Origin: Candidatus Segatella violae
Lineage (GTDB): Bacteria; Bacteroidota; Bacteroidia; Bacteroidales; Bacteroidaceae
Reading direction: 5' to 3'
Length of the DNA stretch: 64,000 bases
Assembly: GCA_002440225.1 (NCBI GenBank)
Contig: DJSH01000006.1
Location: 21,258 to 85,257, forward strand
Under the pieces are notes generated by a model. The model searched no databases, was not told the origin of the DNA, and was given only the letters and a program-made list of their open reading frames with translations. The translations under genes were made by a program, and so were the position numbers. Of this stretch, positions 54,516 through 64,000 are shown one piece after another (position 1 is the stretch's first letter; the number at the start of each line of letters is the position of its first letter).

Positions 54516-55474
54516 TGAATACAGACAAGACCGTTTCCATCATTTTGGCTACCTATAATGGAGCAACATTTATCAGGGAGCAGATAGACTCGCTCCTGGC
54601 GCAGACCTATCCTCTGAAAGAAATCATCATTCAGGATGATGGTTCCACAGACGATACCGTTTCTATCTGTGAGGATTATGCCCAGCGTTGTCCCATCATT
54701 CATTTCTCGGTGAATGAGCACAACCTTGGGTTCAACCAAAACTTTAAGTCGATGGCGATGAAAGCTACCGGAGATTTTGTGGCGTTTTGCGACCAAGACG
54801 ATGTGTGGTTTCCTGAGAAAATAGAGAAGCAAGTGGAAGCCATTGGCGATCATGACCTCTGTTTTTCCACCCATCTGCGCGGCGCTGATATGGAAAACAC
54901 CCATTTGGTGAATCCTCAATACTCATTGGAGGCATTGCTGTTCTGTGGCTTCGCCGGTCATACCATGTTGCTTCGCAGAGAGTTTATCCAGACCGAGGAG
55001 TATTGGTTGCCCAATATCATTTACGATTGGAGCCTTGCCATCTGTGCCCAGTTGCATGGAGGTATCGTGATGGTAGACGAACCGCTCAACTGGCATCGCA
55101 CCACCTTGACCTCAGCTTGCCATGAGGAGATGAGGGAGGCAGGATTGGAGCCCAATGCCCGTCCTACCTACCAGCCTTATCTCTATGGTATCCGCAACTA
55201 TCGCCACTTGCAAGAGCAACCTAACTGGAAAATGCTATATACCTATATATATAGGAACACACGGGAGAAGCGATTTGCCTTGGCTCATCAGATGGCTGGG
55301 CTCATGTTGCATCGCAACTTGATGGCTCTCTTCTGTCTGTGCCGCCTGTGCTTGAAACATGGCGACAAGATATATTATAGTAAAGATCAAAAGGGTATTA
55401 TGGGAAAGATACGTACATTCTGCTATCCGCTCATCTTCTCATACAATAACTTGCAATATAATAGAAAATCATAA
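54515..55474 (+). CDS. GT2 glycosyltransferase
   Basis: ATYNGATFIREQIDSL, QDDGSTD, FCDQDDVW. Confidence 0.9.
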   Translation: MNTDKTVSIILATYNGATFIREQIDSLLAQTYPLKEIIIQDDGSTDDTVSICEDYAQRCPIIHFSVNEHNLGFNQNFKSMAMKATGDFVAFCDQDDVWFPEKIEKQVEAIGDHDLCFSTHLRGADMENTHLVNPQYSLEALLFCGFAGHTMLLRREFIQTEEYWLPNIIYDWSLAICAQLHGGIVMVDEPLNWHRTTLTSACHEEMREAGLEPNARPTYQPYLYGIRNYRHLQEQPNWKMLYTYIYRNTREKRFALAHQMAGLMLHRNLMALFCLCRLCLKHGDKIYYSKDQKGIMGKIRTFCYPLIFSYNNLQYNRKS

Positions 55475-55486
55475 ATATCAACCATT

Positions 55487-56206
55487 ATGAACATAGCTTT
55501 ATTGACAGCCGGAGGTGTAGGCAACCGCATGGGACAAGACATTCCCAAGCAGTTTATGACCATCGACAATGTGCCCGTCATCATTTATACGATGCAGGCA
55601 TTCCAAAATCATCCCTTGATAGACAATATCTGTGTGGTTTGCCTCAAGGGATGGGATGTCGTGCTGCAGGCATACGCCAACCAGTTTAACATCACCAAGT
55701 TGAAGTGGATATTTGAGGGAGGCGACAGCAACCAGCATTCCATTCGCAATGGTTTGTGGGGATTGCGCGATGCCGGCTGCGATGACGACGACATCATCCT
55801 GGTGCATGACGGGGTGCGCCCCTTGGTGTCTGAGCGTATTATCACCGAGAATATCGAGAAGTGCAAGAAGTATGGCTATGCCATCACGGGCATGATATGC
55901 AAGGAAGCTATCATGCAGAAGGTGGACGATTGCGTGAAGAACATCGATATTCCGCGCGAGCGACTGGTGCGCACGCAAACTCCTCATACTTATCCGTTAG
56001 GTACATTACTCAAGGCGCATGAGAAAGCTGATGCCAAGGGCATTGACGGAACGGTGGCTTCTTGTACATTGATGGCGGAGCTAGGCGTTGAAGACCAGCA
56101 TCTGGTGATGGGATCGGAGAAGAATGGCTTGAAACTCACCCAAACGGAGGATGTGGAGCTCTTCAAGGCTTTGAAGCATACCACTAAGGATGAGTGGTTG
56201 AAGTAA
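55487..56206 (+). CDS. IspD/TarI-family cytidylyltransferase (probably CDP-polyol synthesis)
   Basis: LTAGGVGNRMGQDIPKQF, VHDGVRPLV, TQTP, KLTQTED; located inside a glycan cluster. Confidence 0.85.
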   Translation: MNIALLTAGGVGNRMGQDIPKQFMTIDNVPVIIYTMQAFQNHPLIDNICVVCLKGWDVVLQAYANQFNITKLKWIFEGGDSNQHSIRNGLWGLRDAGCDDDDIILVHDGVRPLVSERIITENIEKCKKYGYAITGMICKEAIMQKVDDCVKNIDIPRERLVRTQTPHTYPLGTLLKAHEKADAKGIDGTVASCTLMAELGVEDQHLVMGSEKNGLKLTQTEDVELFKALKHTTKDEWLK

Positions 56207-56220
56207 TCAAACAAGAATGT

Positions 56221-57249
56221 ATGGAAATGGAAGGTTCTTATATAAGTGATGTGCGCCAGGCTTTGGCTACATTCCAGTTACCTTGGCAACAACTTTCGGG
56301 TAGCAATATCCTGGTATTGGGTGCCACGGGATTGATAGGTGGTGCCTTGGTCGATTTGTTGATGCAGCATGATGGTGGTGATTATCACGTATATGCTGCT
56401 GGGCGGAATGAGGCGAGAGCCAACAAGCGTTTCGCCCATTACCAGGGTGATGAGCATTATCATTTCATCTGCTTCGATGTAACCAATCCTCTGGCTACGG
56501 ATATTCGCTTCGATTATATCGTGGATGCGGCAGGTGGAGCTTGCCCACAGCTTTACCAGCAAGACCCAGTGGGCGTGATGAAATCAAACATTTTCGGCGT
56601 AGATAATTTGTTGCGCTTTGGTTTACAACATGGACTCAGGAAGATGGTGTATGTTTCTTCGGGCGAAGTGTATGGCGAGGGCGATGGCAGAGTCTTCACC
56701 GAGGACTATAGTGGCTATGTCAATCCCACCACAGTGAGAGCTTGCTATCCTTCAGCCAAGCGAGCTGCCGAGACTTTGTGTGTATGTTATGCCCATCAAT
56801 ATGGGGTGGATGTGTCGATAGCTCGTCCGTCTCATGTCTATGGACCTTATTTCACGGAGAGCGACAATCGAGTGTATGCTCAGTTCATTCGCAACGTGCT
56901 TCGTGGCGAAGATATCGTTCTGAAGAGCAAGGGCGAGGCCTTTCGTTCCTGGACGTATGTGGCGGATTGTGCGGTGGCGTTGCTCTTTATCTTGTTAAAA
57001 GGAGAGAATGGCGAAGCCTACAACATTGCCAATGAAGAGTCTAACGTTAGCATCCGTACTTTGGCGGAGAACGTAGCTCAATTGGCAGGAAAGCAGGTGG
57101 TGTTTGATATTCCACAAGATGCAAACCATGGCAATACCACACCTATCACCAAGGCTGTGTTTGCCACCCAAAAGCTGGAGCAGCTAGGGTGGAAACCTTT
57201 GACCTTGCTGAAAGAGGGCTTGTCGCATACCATTCAAAGCTTGCAATAA
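56221..57249 (+). CDS. NAD-dependent epimerase/dehydratase (extended SDR)
   Basis: GATGLIG, SSGEVYG, YPSAK (YxxxK), RPSHVYGP. Start is uncertain (56194/56221/56227). Confidence 0.85.
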   Translation: MEMEGSYISDVRQALATFQLPWQQLSGSNILVLGATGLIGGALVDLLMQHDGGDYHVYAAGRNEARANKRFAHYQGDEHYHFICFDVTNPLATDIRFDYIVDAAGGACPQLYQQDPVGVMKSNIFGVDNLLRFGLQHGLRKMVYVSSGEVYGEGDGRVFTEDYSGYVNPTTVRACYPSAKRAAETLCVCYAHQYGVDVSIARPSHVYGPYFTESDNRVYAQFIRNVLRGEDIVLKSKGEAFRSWTYVADCAVALLFILLKGENGEAYNIANEESNVSIRTLAENVAQLAGKQVVFDIPQDANHGNTTPITKAVFATQKLEQLGWKPLTLLKEGLSHTIQSLQ

Positions 57250-57254
57250 GAAAC

Positions 57255-58076
57255 TTATTCTTTATTTAGCTCTGGCAGGATGAAAATAGAGTGGAACTCT
57301 CGCTTCTCGACAGGTGGTATCTGCATATAGTCGCCGTAGAGATCGGTAAGATAGGAGTCAGGGTTGCATGGCGCAGGAAACTCCTTGCCCTCAAACTTGA
57401 TGGTACCCAATGGCTTGAGGGCTTTCTTGTCGAAGGAGATGCCACGCCCGTTCAGAATAGGCACGTCCGAACAGCGAGTCTTCTTGCCCATGAGATTCAC
57501 CAGTTTCCACAATCCTCTGAAAGCATAATACTTGGCACTGAAATAGAAAAACTCAGCAAACGAGCGTAGCGAGTAGTCGTGCTTATGATGCAAGATTGAG
57601 TAACTCTTCGAGATGCCTTTGGTGAGCGTTTTTATCCATTTGCGAGAAATGTCGGGGTAATCTACGAACGGAAAAATATCCACGAAGATTCCCTTGACGT
57701 ATGAATGGCCAAAATCATCTCCGTTCTCGATATAGAGTGAATTTACGTCACGTATCTTGGTGATGGGCTCCTTGGAACCTGGGTCGGTCTTGGGGGTTTG
57801 CAGGAATAGCCATTCTGGGAGCTCCTTTGGAGCGATTGCCTCGAAACGTTTTTCGTCTTCCAAGGTCATGCCGATGTCGATGTCGTCGTCCCAAGGGATG
57901 AATCCTCCATGACGCACTGCCCCCAGCAAGCTGCCGCCATCCAACCAATATTCTATCTGGTGGCGCTTACAAATCTTGTCTATTTCTTCCAAAATGGCCA
58001 ACTGCTTGAGTTGGCAGGCTCTCAAATTGGTCTGAGAATAAGCCTTGATATTGCTGTTGAAGTCCATGTTAAACAT
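57255..58076 (-). CDS. LicD-family phosphotransferase
   Basis: GGSLLGAVRHGGFIPWDDDIDIGM, FVDIFP, YLTDLYGDYMQIPP. Confidence 0.92.
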   Translation of the reverse strand: MFNMDFNSNIKAYSQTNLRACQLKQLAILEEIDKICKRHQIEYWLDGGSLLGAVRHGGFIPWDDDIDIGMTLEDEKRFEAIAPKELPEWLFLQTPKTDPGSKEPITKIRDVNSLYIENGDDFGHSYVKGIFVDIFPFVDYPDISRKWIKTLTKGISKSYSILHHKHDYSLRSFAEFFYFSAKYYAFRGLWKLVNLMGKKTRCSDVPILNGRGISFDKKALKPLGTIKFEGKEFPAPCNPDSYLTDLYGDYMQIPPVEKREFHSIFILPELNKE

Positions 58077-59427
58077 TTAATAAGTCGTTTTCTAAGAAGT
58101 GGATGGCGATGAGATGTCCATTGTAGAACCAGAAATAGAGGGTCAGTGCAAAGGTTATCCATCGGGTGGCTAATGCCACTTTTGGCTTGGCACCCACTAG
58201 GGCGAAGCCAATGGCGAAAGGAATGATGAACATCCAGTGAGCTCCCATGATGTATACCTCGTTGAGTCCGAACCCAAGCACAAGGTGCAGGAACATGTCG
58301 AATGCTACACAACTAAAGCACATCCACATCCATCTGGAATGGCGACTATAGTAGATGCCGAGTGCAAACAGCAGCAATACGATAGCCTCCATGATATAAC
58401 TGAGTGGCCAACTATATTTCACGAATGTAGGGCGAGACACGCTGTGGTCTTTCAGCAGGTACTGTTGATGCAGTTGGATGCCCTCGCCAAAGAGGTTTTC
58501 CACTATCGACTCCATGCGTGGGGTCTGTACGTCGGTCCATTTCAGGAAAGGCTTTTCCGAGATGGCCTTCCCTTTTCCCGCTTTCATCCAAGCATCGTGG
58601 ATGGCGTTAGCCTTGGCGATGTCTGGGCGCTTGGGCATCAGTTTCTTTTCTATCTGCTTGCCCTTCTCTTCCTGTGGCTTGACAATACACTCGTTTTGAT
58701 AATAGAAGTAGCCACCCATCACGAAGAGTGGCAGGATGAAGGCGATGCCGAAGAACTTGGGCGTGAATACCTTCTTGCCATTGTTGAAGAGCGACATGAT
58801 GCCCGTCTTTACGCCGTTGCTCAGCGAAATGCCTGCTGTGCAGAGGAATAGCACGCTGGCTTGCCATGCTTTCAGTTGGATTCCCTTGCTCATGTTGATG
58901 CCCACGATATAGATGCTCACCAGCAGACAGAGCATGGAGAAGCAGAAATGATCAGGCACCAAAGTGGTGAGCATGATGGAGGCGAAGGAGAAGAAAAATG
59001 CCGTCAGGATGTGGGCGTCCAACTTGCCTAAGTGTATCAGCTCCCTACAGATGCGGAAGAAGAAGATGGCAGAGAAAGTGGCGCATACCACGAGCATCAC
59101 CGCCATGATATAGGTGGCGCAGTTGCGACTCGTCATGTTCATCAGCCATTGGTTGAGCCAAGCCCCAGGGTAGAGGAGCACGCTGAAGAGGGGATGGCGC
59201 GACAACTCATAGTATATCTTCTCGTTAGACAAGAATATGTAGGAGTAGGCGTCGAATCCCGAAACCGTGAAATGCTTGTAGAAGATGCTCCAGAATCCGA
59301 GTTTGCCTGCCTTGAAGAAACTGGCAGGATAGGAGTGAATCAGCAGGGCGTTCAATACCGAGAATATCAGCATGTAGACGACCGCCATCACCCTTTCTTC
59401 TTTCTTGATTTTAAATATATTCTTCAT
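58069..59427 (-). CDS. Multi-pass membrane protein (DUF6080-like)
   Basis: About 10 TM segments; SGFD, RHPL, PDHF, ENLFGE, GFGLNEVYIMGAHW; overlaps the start of licD. Confidence 0.6.
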   Translation of the reverse strand: MKNIFKIKKEERVMAVVYMLIFSVLNALLIHSYPASFFKAGKLGFWSIFYKHFTVSGFDAYSYIFLSNEKIYYELSRHPLFSVLLYPGAWLNQWLMNMTSRNCATYIMAVMLVVCATFSAIFFFRICRELIHLGKLDAHILTAFFFSFASIMLTTLVPDHFCFSMLCLLVSIYIVGINMSKGIQLKAWQASVLFLCTAGISLSNGVKTGIMSLFNNGKKVFTPKFFGIAFILPLFVMGGYFYYQNECIVKPQEEKGKQIEKKLMPKRPDIAKANAIHDAWMKAGKGKAISEKPFLKWTDVQTPRMESIVENLFGEGIQLHQQYLLKDHSVSRPTFVKYSWPLSYIMEAIVLLLFALGIYYSRHSRWMWMCFSCVAFDMFLHLVLGFGLNEVYIMGAHWMFIIPFAIGFALVGAKPKVALATRWITFALTLYFWFYNGHLIAIHFLENDLLNV

Positions 59428-59564
59428 TATATTGCTTTATTTGGGTGCAAAATTAATAAAATATTCTGTATATCTGAAGGGTGAACGATGGAAAATGCAC
59501 AATTTGCTTTGGATTTAGGAAATCTTTTGCTATCTTTGTGCCAAAAAAATAGAAATATAAAATC

Positions 59565-60566
59565 ATGACTCAAGAGAATAAGACCGTTTCGGTCGTGATG
59601 TGCACTTACAATGGCGGGAAGTATATCCGTGAACAGCTCGACTCCATTGTGGCGCAAACTTATCAACCTTGTGAAATCATCATCCAGGATGATGGTTCCA
59701 CCGATGATACGATGGATATTGTGGCGGAGTATGCCCAGCGATACCCCATCATTCGCATTACGCAGAATGAACGGGGCAAGGGCATCAATAACAATTTCTT
59801 CAGTGCCATCGAGAAGGTCAGGGGCGAGTTTGTTGCCATCAGCGACCAGGACGACATCTGGAAACACGACAAGATTGAGGTGATGTTGGCTGCCATCGAC
59901 AAGAAGATGATGTGTGTGGGACGCTCGGTGCCTTTCTATGACGAGGGCGACAAGCGTGTGCATGTGCATTACGACCAGCGCAAGCCCAACTGCAACATCG
60001 TGCGCATGATGTATGCCTCGATGCCGGGACATTGCACGCTCTTCCGCAAAGAGCTCTTGCAGCATCTCCCTTCCCACTTGGAAACACGCCCCATCTATAC
60101 CCATACTTGGTATGATGTGATACTGGGCCAGACGGCGGCTGCGCTGGATAGTATCATCTTGCTCGACCGGGTGATAACGATGCAGCGTCGCCATGTGGAT
60201 GCCGCCTCATACAAGGATGTCGACACCAAGCGTCTGCGTAGCATGGGCAATGGTGCCTATATCGTATGGTGGGGCATCAAGCATTATCGCCAGGTGAAAC
60301 CTTTGATGGCCAAGCATTTCGCGGTGAGGGGTGGATTCATCGAGAGTATCCAGTCGGATGCACCTATCTATCGGGACGCCGTCAAGCTGATGAAGTGTGA
60401 GAGCCATACAGGACTGAGGGCGTTTCTGGGCTTGGAGCGTTGGTATGTCAAGTATCGCCATGTACTTTTCTATACTTACGAGAAAGACCCCGTGGCATTG
60501 GTTCGTGCCCTGTTGCATCCTTTCATGCAAGTATACAACTATCGTTATCTTTTAAACAAGAAATAA
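59565..60566 (+). CDS. GT2 glycosyltransferase (paralog of 54515-55474)
   Basis: CTYNGGKYIREQLDSI, QDDGSTD, SDQDDIW. Confidence 0.9.
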   Translation: MTQENKTVSVVMCTYNGGKYIREQLDSIVAQTYQPCEIIIQDDGSTDDTMDIVAEYAQRYPIIRITQNERGKGINNNFFSAIEKVRGEFVAISDQDDIWKHDKIEVMLAAIDKKMMCVGRSVPFYDEGDKRVHVHYDQRKPNCNIVRMMYASMPGHCTLFRKELLQHLPSHLETRPIYTHTWYDVILGQTAAALDSIILLDRVITMQRRHVDAASYKDVDTKRLRSMGNGAYIVWWGIKHYRQVKPLMAKHFAVRGGFIESIQSDAPIYRDAVKLMKCESHTGLRAFLGLERWYVKYRHVLFYTYEKDPVALVRALLHPFMQVYNYRYLLNKK

Positions 60567-61595
60567 ATGATGAAACATCCAGCCAAGATAGATGTCGCCG
60601 TATTGATGTTGTTCTTCAATAGGCCCGACCATTTCCAACAAGTGTTCGACGAGGTGAGGAAGGCTCGCCCTTCCAAGTTGTTCCTCTATCAAGATGGTCC
60701 TCGTGGAGAGCGTGACATGCCAGGCATCGAGGCTTGCCGCCAGATAGCCTCGGATGAGAACATCGACTGGGAGTGCGAGGTGCATCGTGCTTATCAAGAG
60801 AAAAACCAGGGGTGCGACCCTTCCGAGTATCTTTCACAGAAATGGGCATTCTCCATTGTGGACAAGTGCATCGTCTTGGAGGACGATGACGTGCCTTCGC
60901 AGTCGTTCTTCCCTTTCTGTAAGGAGATGCTCGATCGTTACGAACATGACGACCGCATCTGGATGGTGGCTGGTTTCAACGAGGATGAGATCTCTGCCGA
61001 TTGCGATGACAGTTATTTCTTCACTTCCGTCTTCTCTATCTGGGGATGGGCTTCGTGGCGAAGGGTGATAGACAAGTGGGAGGGCGATTATGCCTTCTTG
61101 CAGGATGAGGCTGCCATGCACACCCTGCGTTCCCTGTTGCGTCAGCGCAATTATCGTCACGATTTCGAACGCATGTGCTGGGAGCATCAGCAGAGTGGCA
61201 AGGAATATTACGAGAGTATCTTCTGGGCTTCCATGTTGCTCAATTCCGGATTGGCCATTATGCCTGCTCGTAATCAGGTCAACAACCTAGGTCTTTCCGA
61301 CGACTCCACTCATTTCTCTGGCAGTATGAAGACCACGCCGCGTGGCTATCGCCGCATCTTTACCATGGCTCGCCACGACTTGGAGTTCCCGCTCCGCCAT
61401 CCTCGCTATGTGATAGAGAATGTGGATTATAAGGAGCGAGTCTATAAGAATCATGCCTGGGGGCACCCGATGATCAAGGTGGGGCGCTCGCTCGAAGAGT
61501 TGGCTCTCAATCTGAGATATGGAAACTTCGGTATCATCACCACGGCGATACGCCGCCGCATCAACAAGTGGTTGGGGAAAGACAAGCATATATAG
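60567..61595 (+). CDS. GT-A fold nucleotide-sugar transferase (often annotated as a hemolysin-related protein)
   Basis: FFNRPD, YQDGPR, NQGC, VLEDDDVP, WGWASWRR, NNLG. Confidence 0.7.
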   Translation: MMKHPAKIDVAVLMLFFNRPDHFQQVFDEVRKARPSKLFLYQDGPRGERDMPGIEACRQIASDENIDWECEVHRAYQEKNQGCDPSEYLSQKWAFSIVDKCIVLEDDDVPSQSFFPFCKEMLDRYEHDDRIWMVAGFNEDEISADCDDSYFFTSVFSIWGWASWRRVIDKWEGDYAFLQDEAAMHTLRSLLRQRNYRHDFERMCWEHQQSGKEYYESIFWASMLLNSGLAIMPARNQVNNLGLSDDSTHFSGSMKTTPRGYRRIFTMARHDLEFPLRHPRYVIENVDYKERVYKNHAWGHPMIKVGRSLEELALNLRYGNFGIITTAIRRRINKWLGKDKHI

Positions 61596-61661
61596 AAATC
61601 AAAATTAAATAATATATAATATATGTACTAAGCTTTTTAAATTGCTTAATGCTCTAAGTTT

Positions 61662-62255
61662 ATGGATAGGACAGAAGAAATAATCGTTAGACAATTAAAG
61701 GAAGGCCGGGAGAAAGCATACAAATTTCTGTATGATTATCATTATCCAGTACTCTGTCATATTGCCGAACAGTATGTTCATGATACTTTTTTGGCAGAGA
61801 CTATCGTTAGTGATACCATTTTTCATTTATGGGAAATACGTACAACGCTTACGATTTCCACATCCATCCGAAGCTACTTGGCGCAGAGTGTGCGTAACCG
61901 TTGTCTTAATTATCTTCATGCACAGGTTCAGCAACGTGAATTGGTGTTGGAAAAAGGTAGTGTGACCGATTTGCCGATTATGAGATATATCCAAAGTGAC
62001 GACTATCCTCTAGGACGGCTATTGACCGATGAATTGGAAAATGAAATAATGGATGCCATTGACCGACTGCCTGAAAAATGCCAGCAAGTATTTCGTTTAA
62101 GTCGATTTGAAGGTAAGAAAAACCAAGAGATAGCTGAAGTGTTGGGCATCTCGGTCAATACTGTAAAATTCCATATGAAGAATGCTTTGGCTTTGTTGCA
62201 AACCGACCTACATAAATATTTATTGGCAATTTTCTTCATTTTTATAAATAATTGA
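61662..62255 (+). CDS. ECF-type RNA polymerase sigma-70 factor
   Basis: AETIVSDTIFHLWE, SYLAQSVRNRCLNYL, LPEKCQQVFRLSRFEG..EIAEVLGISVNTVKFH. Confidence 0.92.
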   Translation: MDRTEEIIVRQLKEGREKAYKFLYDYHYPVLCHIAEQYVHDTFLAETIVSDTIFHLWEIRTTLTISTSIRSYLAQSVRNRCLNYLHAQVQQRELVLEKGSVTDLPIMRYIQSDDYPLGRLLTDELENEIMDAIDRLPEKCQQVFRLSRFEGKKNQEIAEVLGISVNTVKFHMKNALALLQTDLHKYLLAIFFIFINN

Positions 62256-62293
62256 CTACCCTAGGTTTTCTTTTTTTTGTCTCACTTATATAA

Positions 62294-63313
62294 ATGTATA
62301 AAATGAAACAAGCAAATGACCATATAGATGATTTGATAATCCAGCTGCTTTGCGGAGAGATGGATGAAAGGTCACTCGCAGAATTGCGAGCGTGGATAAG
62401 TAGTTCTCCTGAAAACGAGAAATATTTCCAAGAAAAGCAGGAAATTTGGTTTTCGGCTGTTGATTCTGCTCATCTGGAGAAATATAATAAAGATGAAGCT
62501 TTCCAAATGTTTTTGCAAAATGTGGCTGAAGCGGAGTGTACTCAACAAAACGATCATCAATATCTTTGGAGAAAGTGGTTGAGTTATGCTGCAATATTGG
62601 GTATCGTGATTGCAATGACTTTCTTTGCTTACCAACAGGGAGCGAATCATGTGAAAGATTCATTTGCCGATATCGTGGTTGAGGCACCTAATGGCTCCCG
62701 TACCAAGGCTTTATTGCCTGATGGTACTGTGATCTGGCTTAATTCAGGCTCGCAACTTTCTTATTCTCAGGGGTATGGGCTTGGTGACAGAAAGGTGACT
62801 ATCAAAGGTGAAGGTTATTTCGAAGTGAAGCATAATGAGACACTTCCTTTTAGTGTCAATTCTCAAGTAATGAGAGTCAATGTACTTGGTACTAAGTTCA
62901 ACTTCCGAGATTATCCAAATGATGATGAGGCTGAAGTAATGCTAGAGCAGGGGTGTGTAAAACTAGACAACTTATTGCAAGTAAACAAGTCGCAGATGAT
63001 GGTTCCTGGTCAAAAGATAGTATTGAACAAGAAAACAGGTAAAATGACGACCGAGACTTGCGATGTGAATACGATTAGTCAATGGGCTAATGGACTTATT
63101 ATCTTCAATGATGCCACTTTGGATGAGATAGCCAAACGCATAGAGCGCAGTTACAATGTGAAGGTGCAGATTGCTAGCCAATCTATTGGTAAGTATCGTT
63201 TCAATGGTGATTTCGTAAGGCAGGAACAAAGTCTTCGAGAAGTATTGGATGCTTTAGCTGCGACGGGCAAATTGCATTATCGCTTACAAGGAAGAATGGT
63301 TACTATTTATTAG
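62294..63313 (+). CDS. FecR-family anti-sigma factor
   Basis: One TM helix; LPDGTVIWLNSGSQLSY, GEGYFEV, VLGTKFN, IERSYNV. Confidence 0.92.
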   Translation: MYKMKQANDHIDDLIIQLLCGEMDERSLAELRAWISSSPENEKYFQEKQEIWFSAVDSAHLEKYNKDEAFQMFLQNVAEAECTQQNDHQYLWRKWLSYAAILGIVIAMTFFAYQQGANHVKDSFADIVVEAPNGSRTKALLPDGTVIWLNSGSQLSYSQGYGLGDRKVTIKGEGYFEVKHNETLPFSVNSQVMRVNVLGTKFNFRDYPNDDEAEVMLEQGCVKLDNLLQVNKSQMMVPGQKIVLNKKTGKMTTETCDVNTISQWANGLIIFNDATLDEIAKRIERSYNVKVQIASQSIGKYRFNGDFVRQEQSLREVLDALAATGKLHYRLQGRMVTIY

Positions 63314-63410
63314 AAACCAACAATATATTATAATTAACAAACAAAGTCTTATGAATATGATAAAAATTAGAGCCAACCCTAATGCGTGATAGTTAGAATC
63401 GAATAAAGAT

Positions 63411-63493
63411 AAAAAAAGCAGAAAGATAGCCTACATCTTCCTGCTCACAATATCCTTATTCTGTAAACGCCGCAAAACGTTACTAAAAGAGGA
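63411..63493 (-). ncRNA. Candidate cis-antisense PUL sRNA in the fecR-susC interval
   Basis: Minus-strand GTTG-N20-TAACTTTG (63499-63530); terminator AGCAG.AAGAT / ATCTT.CTGCT with A7 at 63411-63417. Confidence 0.6.
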
Positions 63494-63566
63494 TGGTGCA
63501 AAGTTACAGCATTATCCTCAGACAGACAACTAACAAAAAGTTTAATAACATTAATTATTATTTATT

Positions 63567-64000
63567 ATGAACTTAAAGAAAGCTATCCTTTTGTCGTTAG
63601 CCTTTTCTACCAATCTGACGATGTTTGCACAGTCCGTCAATGTTAACATCCAAAACGTGTCAGTAAGGAAGGCTATGACTATACTCAAGCAGCAGAGTGG
63701 ATACTCTTTTGTTTATGTGTCTTCTGATCTCAATCTTGCAAAGAAGGTGAGTGTGAAAGCTACCAATCTAGCATATGCAGTGGAACAAATCATTGCAGGG
63801 CAAAACGTGAACTATGAGATAAAAGGCAAGAACATTATCCTGTCGCAGAAGAAAAATACTTCCCAAGGAACAACTAGAACAGCATCTCCTGTTCTGGGAC
63901 AGAAACGCCATGTGTCAGGATGCGTCTTCGATTCAAACGGAGAGCCTATCATTGGTGCTACAATCAAGGAAAAAGGACATTCCAATGGATGCGTGTCTGA
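63567..64000 (+). CDS. susC: SusC-like TonB-dependent transducer, N-terminal part (runs off the window)
   Basis: Manual translation: MNLKKAILLSLAF..AQ, STN-like LKQQSGYSFVY..YEIKGKNIIL, then VSGCVFDSNGEPIIGATIKEKG; no stop before the window end. Confidence 0.88.
   Translation, partial: MNLKKAILLSLAFSTNLTMFAQSVNVNIQNVSVRKAMTILKQQSGYSFVYVSSDLNLAKKVSVKATNLAYAVEQIIAGQNVNYEIKGKNIILSQKKNTSQGTTRTASPVLGQKRHVSGCVFDSNGEPIIGATIKEKGHSNGCVS

Noticed and set aside
55487..56206. Calling this gene MEP-pathway ispD because ispF is in the window
   Set aside because: Its context (wzx, GT2, SDR, licD) favours a TarI-like role, and it lies 17 kb from ispF.
60567..61595. Hemolysin or virulence annotation
   Set aside because: The motifs and context fit a GT-A glycosyltransferase.

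Overview
Chromosomal segment from a Bacteroidota gut anaerobe, probably Prevotella/Segatella-like, judged from the TTTG-N19-21-TAnnTTTG promoters, the SusC/D systems and the rplM-rpsI-rpsB-tsf and porU-porV-ispF synteny. 1-22.5 kb is a polysaccharide utilization locus: GH16, two tandem SusC/D pairs, a discoidin lipoprotein, GH43 (subfamily 24-like), DUF2264/GH154, GH105, GH2 and GH51. This enzyme set points to arabinogalactan/AGP. The locus is interrupted by an antisense AAA_14/DUF4143 ATPase-nuclease gene that has a 3x33-bp repeat array in its leader. Next come a MORN-protein/LytS/LytTR operon, glutamine synthetase III, ribosomal and translation genes, T9SS porU/porV, ispF, an orphan promoter-terminator unit (sRNA candidate), two glycosyltransferases and a 22-bp repeat array. 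The right part holds a CAZyme-free SusC/D plus alkaline-phosphatase-superfamily locus, a sigma54 NtrC/hybrid-kinase module around a tiny secreted peptide rich in O-glycosylation sequons, a truncated thiE-like gene, a Wzx/TarI/LicD glycan cluster and the start of an ECF-sigma/FecR/SusC locus with a probable antisense sRNA. No rRNA, tRNA, CRISPR-cas or transposase/integrase was recognised. All family calls come from motif recognition by eye; no database search was run.
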